A stretch of DNA of 64,000 nt. Origin: Paraspadella gotoi. Lineage: Eukaryota > Animalia > Chaetognatha. Position numbers and translations under genes: made by a program. The notes beneath the pieces are model-generated. The model was not told where the DNA came from and searched no databases. It worked only from the letters and a program-made list of their open reading frames with translations. The stretch spans positions 13,339,081 to 13,403,080 of the forward strand of contig CM119267.1 of the NCBI GenBank assembly GCA_051294375.1, read 5' to 3'. This document shows, piece by piece, positions 57,717 through 64,000 of this stretch; positions within the stretch are counted from its first letter, which is position 1, and every line of letters begins with the position of its first letter.

Positions 57717-60700
57717 CTGAAGGGAGGGGGAGAGAGATGAAGAGTGATGAGATTAGCCTGAAATGTCTCGATTTCTCTCACTGAGGTCAGCACCTTTAAG
57801 TCTCTCAATATGTCTCTCTCTCTATCTGTATCTCTTTCGCTAACTGTCTCTATCTCTCTCTCTCTCTCATTTCCTGTCTCACCTCTTTTCTTTCCTTTTT
57901 CAGTATCACGTCAAAAAAAAAGAGACCGCATTAACAATTTAGATGAGGTTTTTTTTTTGCTATTCGCTTCTCGCAAACGAAGAAAAAAAACAGGAAGGCC
58001 TCTCGATATTCCAAAGTCGAGGCTGCCTCTTTGTCAGTCCGCTGACTTAGTATTATTTGTCATTAAATCCCTGTCAGAATTTCCCCCTTTTATATTATTG
58101 CCATTTTATTATGCAAATATCAAATATCACAGAAAAAAGGCGATAATTTTTCGTGGCGTTCGTGCAACCTTTTCCTCGCGAAGACGAAGATTATATCTAG
58201 TCAATTCCCTTTCTCTCATCTCACTTGGCTGTGTAAGGAAACTATCAATATTCATTTCGGAATTTCCTCTTTTTTCTCCAACATACAAATAGGCATTGTA
58301 CCAAGGATCGGTTTCTCTCGGTCAATAACCAAAAGCCAAGCAAGGCGGGCGCACCGTAATAGTCGTGCGTTTTGGGTGCACTCCCGTGGATCACCTTTTA
58401 AGACATATACATGGTAAATTGACAGAATAGATAGATACAGTTACCCGGAAACTGAGATGTGAGTAAGTCGTAATAGGAATAAATTTCTTCCATTTAATGG
58501 ATGAAAAGGGCTTACGATTTTATAGGTGTGTTCTGAGATTGCTGGCTATTGCGAAATCATATTAAGGCATTTTAAAAAAAAATCCTAAACGAGATTAGAA
58601 AATTGGGTAAAACAAAAGTTAAAAATTTGCATCATTTGTATATTGTTTTTAAATTTCTTTAATATTGCTAAAATGATACTCAAGGAAGGGTTTGATGAGT
58701 TGTAGGAGAATACTTTGTTGACTCATGAAATTTTTTGCCATGTGTTTATCAAGTAGCTGTGAGGTTTGGGTGATGGATCAGTTTATCAAATGATGCATAA
58801 ATTGCTTATTAAGTAGATATTATGGTTTTAAATTTTAGTAATAGAAAAAGGTCTTTGGGGGGCTGGTTGCTACATAACTGAGTTTCATCATTTTAAAAAG
58901 ATAGTTGGCACAGGTCAAAATTTTTTTGACAAAATTCAATATAGTTATTATGCCAAAGTAGAATGACAGTAATGGATTAATTTTTCGTTATAAAATCAGT
59001 AATATTTGCTTTTTATAACCTGAAGGCTAAGAAAATTTTCTTTGCGTTTTAAAGAACTCATTTCTATTAAGCTGTTTTTTTTAATTTTTACTAATTTGAT
59101 TTTCATTAAATATTTTTTTTATTAGTTTTACACGCAGCGTATATATTAATATATGTTTAAAAAAATTTAACAGTCATAAGTAATTTGAATATATTTAAAT
59201 ATTTTTATTAAGTTTTTAAATATTTATGGATAAGAATTATAAATTTATTAAACATTTTACCAAATTATTGCACAAATTTGGCATAGCATTGAATAGAGGC
59301 GAACATACGGGATCATACAAATGATAGATAATTTTTTCTCAATTTATTGTTATAAGGGTATGGAGGGAGGTTGAGTAAGATCATAAGTGACAAAGGTGGT
59401 GTAAAATCTGAAAAAAATGCGCTGTCGTGATTTGAAAAGCCGAATATAGAAATGGGGGGAAGGGGGGGTACCATGATAAAGATTTTTGTTCTCAGATTTT
59501 GATTGGGAGAATAGGCTCCTTTTAATCTATATTGTTGTAGTACGATAAATTTAAGGTAATCAAAGAATGTTTAGCTACATATTTAGGGAAAGTTATTTTA
59601 TTAACCATTTAAGAAAAAATTTATTCGTTGTTTTTAGATAAGAAGGTGTATAGAAAAATGATTAACAAGAGTTTGAAAAAGTTTTTTTTTTATTTTTTAA
59701 GCTATATTTATTCTATATAAGTCAAAGAATTATTGAGAGGAAGTAAGGAGAGAGAGATGGAAGGAAGTATAGTGTAAGGAAGGAAAGAAAAAAGGGAAGC
59801 GGAGAGAAGGAAGGAAATGAAATAGGAAGGAAGGAAGGAAGGATACACTGAAAGGAAATAAGAGGTGGAAAAGGAAAGATAAGGAGTAAAATGAAGAAAA
59901 GAGGAAGGATGAAAATTAGAAAGGAATGTCGAGAGGAAAAAATAGAAGAATAAGGGTATCAAGGTAAAGGAAGAAAAGAAAAAAGATCTAGAATAATTAT
60001 GAGTGGAAGAACGAACGAAAGATAAAAAAGGTGGAAAATAATAAGAATAAAAAAGAAAGGACAGGAAAAATCGGAAGAAAAAATAAAAGAAAAGGAAAGT
60101 TGAATAGTGTGGTAACTGATTCTGGATGGCATACATGATTGCAGAAGGACTCCAATCAAGTAATTATGTTTGGAGAGAAAAATAAGAAAAGGGAAAGAAT
60201 AAGGAAAAAAGAGAATGGAAAAGAGGGGGATAAAAGGAGAGAAAAGAAGAGAAAAGAAAAGAAATAGAAAGACGAGAAAAAATGTCAAAAGGAGGAAGAA
60301 GGACTGTAAATTAAAGATTATAAGCGACACATAAATTTAATGGATGATCTATAACGTAAAAATAATCTGTTACGAGTCGATACTATAATACTTAAACGTA
60401 ATTTTTAAAAATATTATAGATTTCTTTTGAAGTTATGATGCGATCATATGTGTAATTTGTCAATTTCACAACTTACTCAGTTGTTTGATTAAGTTTGAAA
60501 GTAAAGACTATAAGGATAATGGTGACAGATATGTATATTGAATTGCTACATAATTTTGTTGTTCTTTTTTTTTTAAAACGGATGGGATGAATTTTGATTT
60601 GAGTGAGAGTGTTGTGAGGTATTTTTTTTCACGATATAATTACTTTTCATCGATGGTGAAGGAATCGCGCGTATGCGTTTAGGAGGTGTTTTCTAGGCAA

Positions 60701-61914
60701 GGCGCAATCGCTTCTGGAATATTGTGCCCGCTGGAATCGTATCAGAGTATAGATTTCATATTGCGCTACATGATTGAAAATTATGTCGACACTGTAATGC
60801 GTTGTTAAGGACGAATCATTGGCGGCAATCATATCGGCGATCGTAAAAGCCACTAATAAAGATTGAAATGGAATAGAAAAGAGTATATATATATGTGTAC
60901 AGTGTCAATGGTAAGTAATGATTCAAAGACTTTGAAATGCCCGTATACTTCATCTTTTTTTTTTATATTGTGTATGACGTTCAGTTGCATTTAAGAATAA
61001 TTTTAAAAGAAAGAGATTTAAACGAACCTGATTTTGCACTGATTCTAGATGCTGCACTATCTTAAAATGGCTCTATCGACAGAACTGGGGATTGAAGGAA
61101 CGGTTATCTCGACTTAGAATAGTAGTTATTCCAATTATATAGCACTTCTTAAAATAATATACATTCGTGTAAGTAGAACATTAACATATTTAGTAGTGGG
61201 TGTTAAGTCTAATGAGAAATTCGAACCATTATTTAGTAGTCGCATTGCGATATTGTAGAGCAGAGAAAAAAAATTAGTATATCAGAAGGAGAAAATAAAG
61301 TGATTAATTTAGTAATATTTAAAAAGCATCAAGTACCATTTTCTATAAATTATGGAAAATAATTCTGAAGTTATGAATCACTACGGGGTATGTTTTTTGA
61401 AAAACAATTAAGCGTAATTAGTTAAATGAATCATCATAGTTAGGGCACGTGATTTTTCCGCTAAGATTGTTTTAATAGGAGCGGTTTTGGCTACGTCTCC
61501 TAATAGCACGATCCGATTGGGCGAGTTCTGGTGAAAATTGGGTGTCAATATATCATTGACGTTTAATCTAGCTTTTCGTTCGAGCATCGATATGGGATAT
61601 AAAATTTATGTTTAAATTAATAGACATAACGAATAAATAAGTAAAGTATATTGAAATTCTTCAGCTAAAATCTTCTTCTTTTGTCCCGAGGACACAGGTT
61701 CATTTTGTAAGAGACGCCTAAAGTTCTCTCCAAAACGTTCGCGAACAATTTGCAGACAAAATTTGGGCTGTCCAGCGTTTGCGCCACCTTGCAAACATTT
61801 TTTGGACAAACTATTTTAAAAGACAATTCGGTAAATTGCATTTCAGGAATATTAGGAAATTATTCATAGTAGATAAACGACGTCGATGTAGCGTCTGGCA
61901 AAAAATTGCCGCCA

Positions 61915-62158
61915 TTAGGTGACTAGAAACTTCACCCAAGACGTTAGTCAAGCGGCCATTGGTGCAGGAGGCAAGTATGCTCGCCTCAACCCTAAAGGTC
62001 GGGTTGCCGGTGGTCGTCTGGAGTTAAAGAGGGACGTGGGCCGCTTTAAACCGACTCGTGTAACAATGGTGATTTTACAAGCCTGATCCGAAAGCTCAGG
62101 ATGCTATATTGAAACCGGTTCTGTCATATCTGACATAAATTAAATTATGGTTCTTACA
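61915..62158 (+). mobile_element. Indel-riddled solo tRNA-containing LTR
   Basis: GCGGCCATTGGTGCAGGAGGCAAG...GCCTGATCCGAAAGCTCAGG...CGGTTCTGTCAT is collinear with the family consensus. Confidence 0.75.
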
Positions 62159-64000
62159 TCATTTTTAGTTTCAGATTTTAAAATAGATATATATGTAAAA
62201 TGTTATTTAAAATTGTAAATAAGGTTTATTAAAAATTAGTATGGTATAAAAATTTATAAAATTGGGCCTCCTTAATGAGTAGTAATTTTTTTAGAAAAAT
62301 GAAATATTTTTATCGCATAGCGGATTATGAAAAACGACCTGACAGATTTTAAGGAATAAGCTTTATTTATATATTTGTAGTAGTAATTTTATAACCCTAA
62401 AAAAAAAAACAAATGACTCTTTTGGCCACCATGTTTGAATGAGAAAGCTGTCTGCAATGGTGTGCCTATCATAACAGTGAAACGATTCATTGCCGCGTCA
62501 CTAATTAGGCATCAGGTTGTTTTTTTGCTGATTGAAGCTATGATAGCATATAAAACCATATTGTTTCAGCGAGCAAGGAGTTTTACTGGACGATTAAGAT
62601 GCTTCGGCGAGTCTTGATAGAAACTCACATTTGCATAGTATCCATCTTTATGATGACATAGAAAGGACGGAGCTGTCGCGGATTTCAGACGTTGCAGGAT
62701 GTTCCTTCTGAAGCCGATTATTTTTTTTTCTTCGGCCTCGAACAGCATGGTAATCGTAGCGAGTGGCCAATAACTTTGAATGAAATCAGCCGTCATAAAA
62801 GCGTCACACGCATTTAGGAGAGGAAAAATCCGTCGCGAGAGGACAGCACTAAATAAAAATGAATGATTGACAGTTGTTAATAGGATAATACTTTCTGAGA
62901 TCCCCGTCTAAATTACAATTTGTCAGTACAGTGCAGTCACACCAATATATTCGAACCTGAGTTGTCAGAATTCAAATTATGATAAATTATGCAAAAAATA
63001 TTCGATGTCCGTAGAATTGTCCAATGTATATTTAATAGAAAAAAAGCATTTATTATTTTATTTTGACTTTTTCTTTTTATTAAGTAAGTTTAGTTTATAT
63101 ATATAAATATTATTTATACTTAATATTGATATCATATCTGCCTCTAGCAATGAATAGTGAAAACTGTTTCAATATTTGATTATTAAGCGATGACTATATT
63201 GATATGATCCTAAATAAGATTGAGATATTGTAGTAATTGAACTTGAATGGCTTTTTTCATGTCTGGGATTTCAATTTTGATTTATTTTCAGTTTTTAAGT
63301 AGTCTTTTATTAGTTGTTGGGTGGAGAAGGCGTGCGGCTCTCGAAGACTACGAACTCGAATATAAATAAAGCGTGTGGGAAACGTTGAGTGCATAGACGA
63401 ATGTAAGTTGGATTGTGATGGAGGGTTGCTGCTGCAGTTTCTCGTCAATCTATGGGCATCATGGAAAAAATATTCTTACCAAGCGTTAAGGCGCGGAAAT
63501 TGGTTTAGACTAGGACAGGGGTGTTGGCTGCCGATTGTCAATATTAGACTGTGTATTCTTCACGGTTTCGTCGGGATAGTGTGTTGAGTTTTTATACAAA
63601 ACACCTATAAAATTAAAGTTTAAAATGCATTGAATTAATTAAATTAATTTAATTAATTACGCTAATGAGTGAGGACAGATTTGACCTGGTATTGCTCGAA
63701 ACTTGTTTTTTTACAGGATTTTAAAAATTTTTTTTTTGTCCGCATATATTACAGTTCTATACATCATTGTGAGTGTGCCGTATTCGCATACTGACAAAGC
63801 AAATATTCTGGCATGCCTGATTGTTAAATTTCAAGTATATATTCGTCGTCTATTTTTAACCCACCTTGATTTCTTCCAATAGTCTAAGCTTTTAAAAAAT
63901 TTCTCGGATTTCCGATTTGACGTATCTGGCCTCATGCCGTCTAAATAGATAACCCAATGTTGTCTGGACATATGGAGAGTAAATACAGGCGCGGAATACA

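Overview
Eukaryotic, probably invertebrate, genomic DNA. The non-coding sequence is AT-rich and full of GA microsatellites, the exons are GC-rich, and there are two 10-N gaps. Three minus-strand genes are visible. (1) The first coding exon of a peptide-receptor-type class A GPCR (1738-1945). (2) A 14-exon gene (5265-18855, about 2,700 aa) for an acidic disordered protein, built mostly from symmetric phase-1 exons and carrying about 19 copies of a basic-hydrophobic F-x-F-[HK]-[LMI]-P motif. One of its exons has three closely spaced frameshifts. (3) The last five exons of a DAAM formin (27548-57716; FH2 C-terminus and DAD). The introns hold many small retroelements. The main one is a family of miniature LTR retrotransposons (TRIMs) whose LTRs contain a tRNA-like Pol III module, with a tRNA-Trp PBS, a PPT, 4-bp TSDs and a non-canonical TA terminus. 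Nearby are a parallel LTR-like family with an apparent 5S-rRNA-derived core, a gapped Pol II-type LTR element and a Gypsy gag relic that could be the mobilising partner. There are also at least five Penelope-type minimal hammerhead ribozyme insertions, DINE-1/Helentron-like elements, a Tc1/mariner MITE, a foldback element and a LINE 3' end. All calls are by eye; no searches were run.
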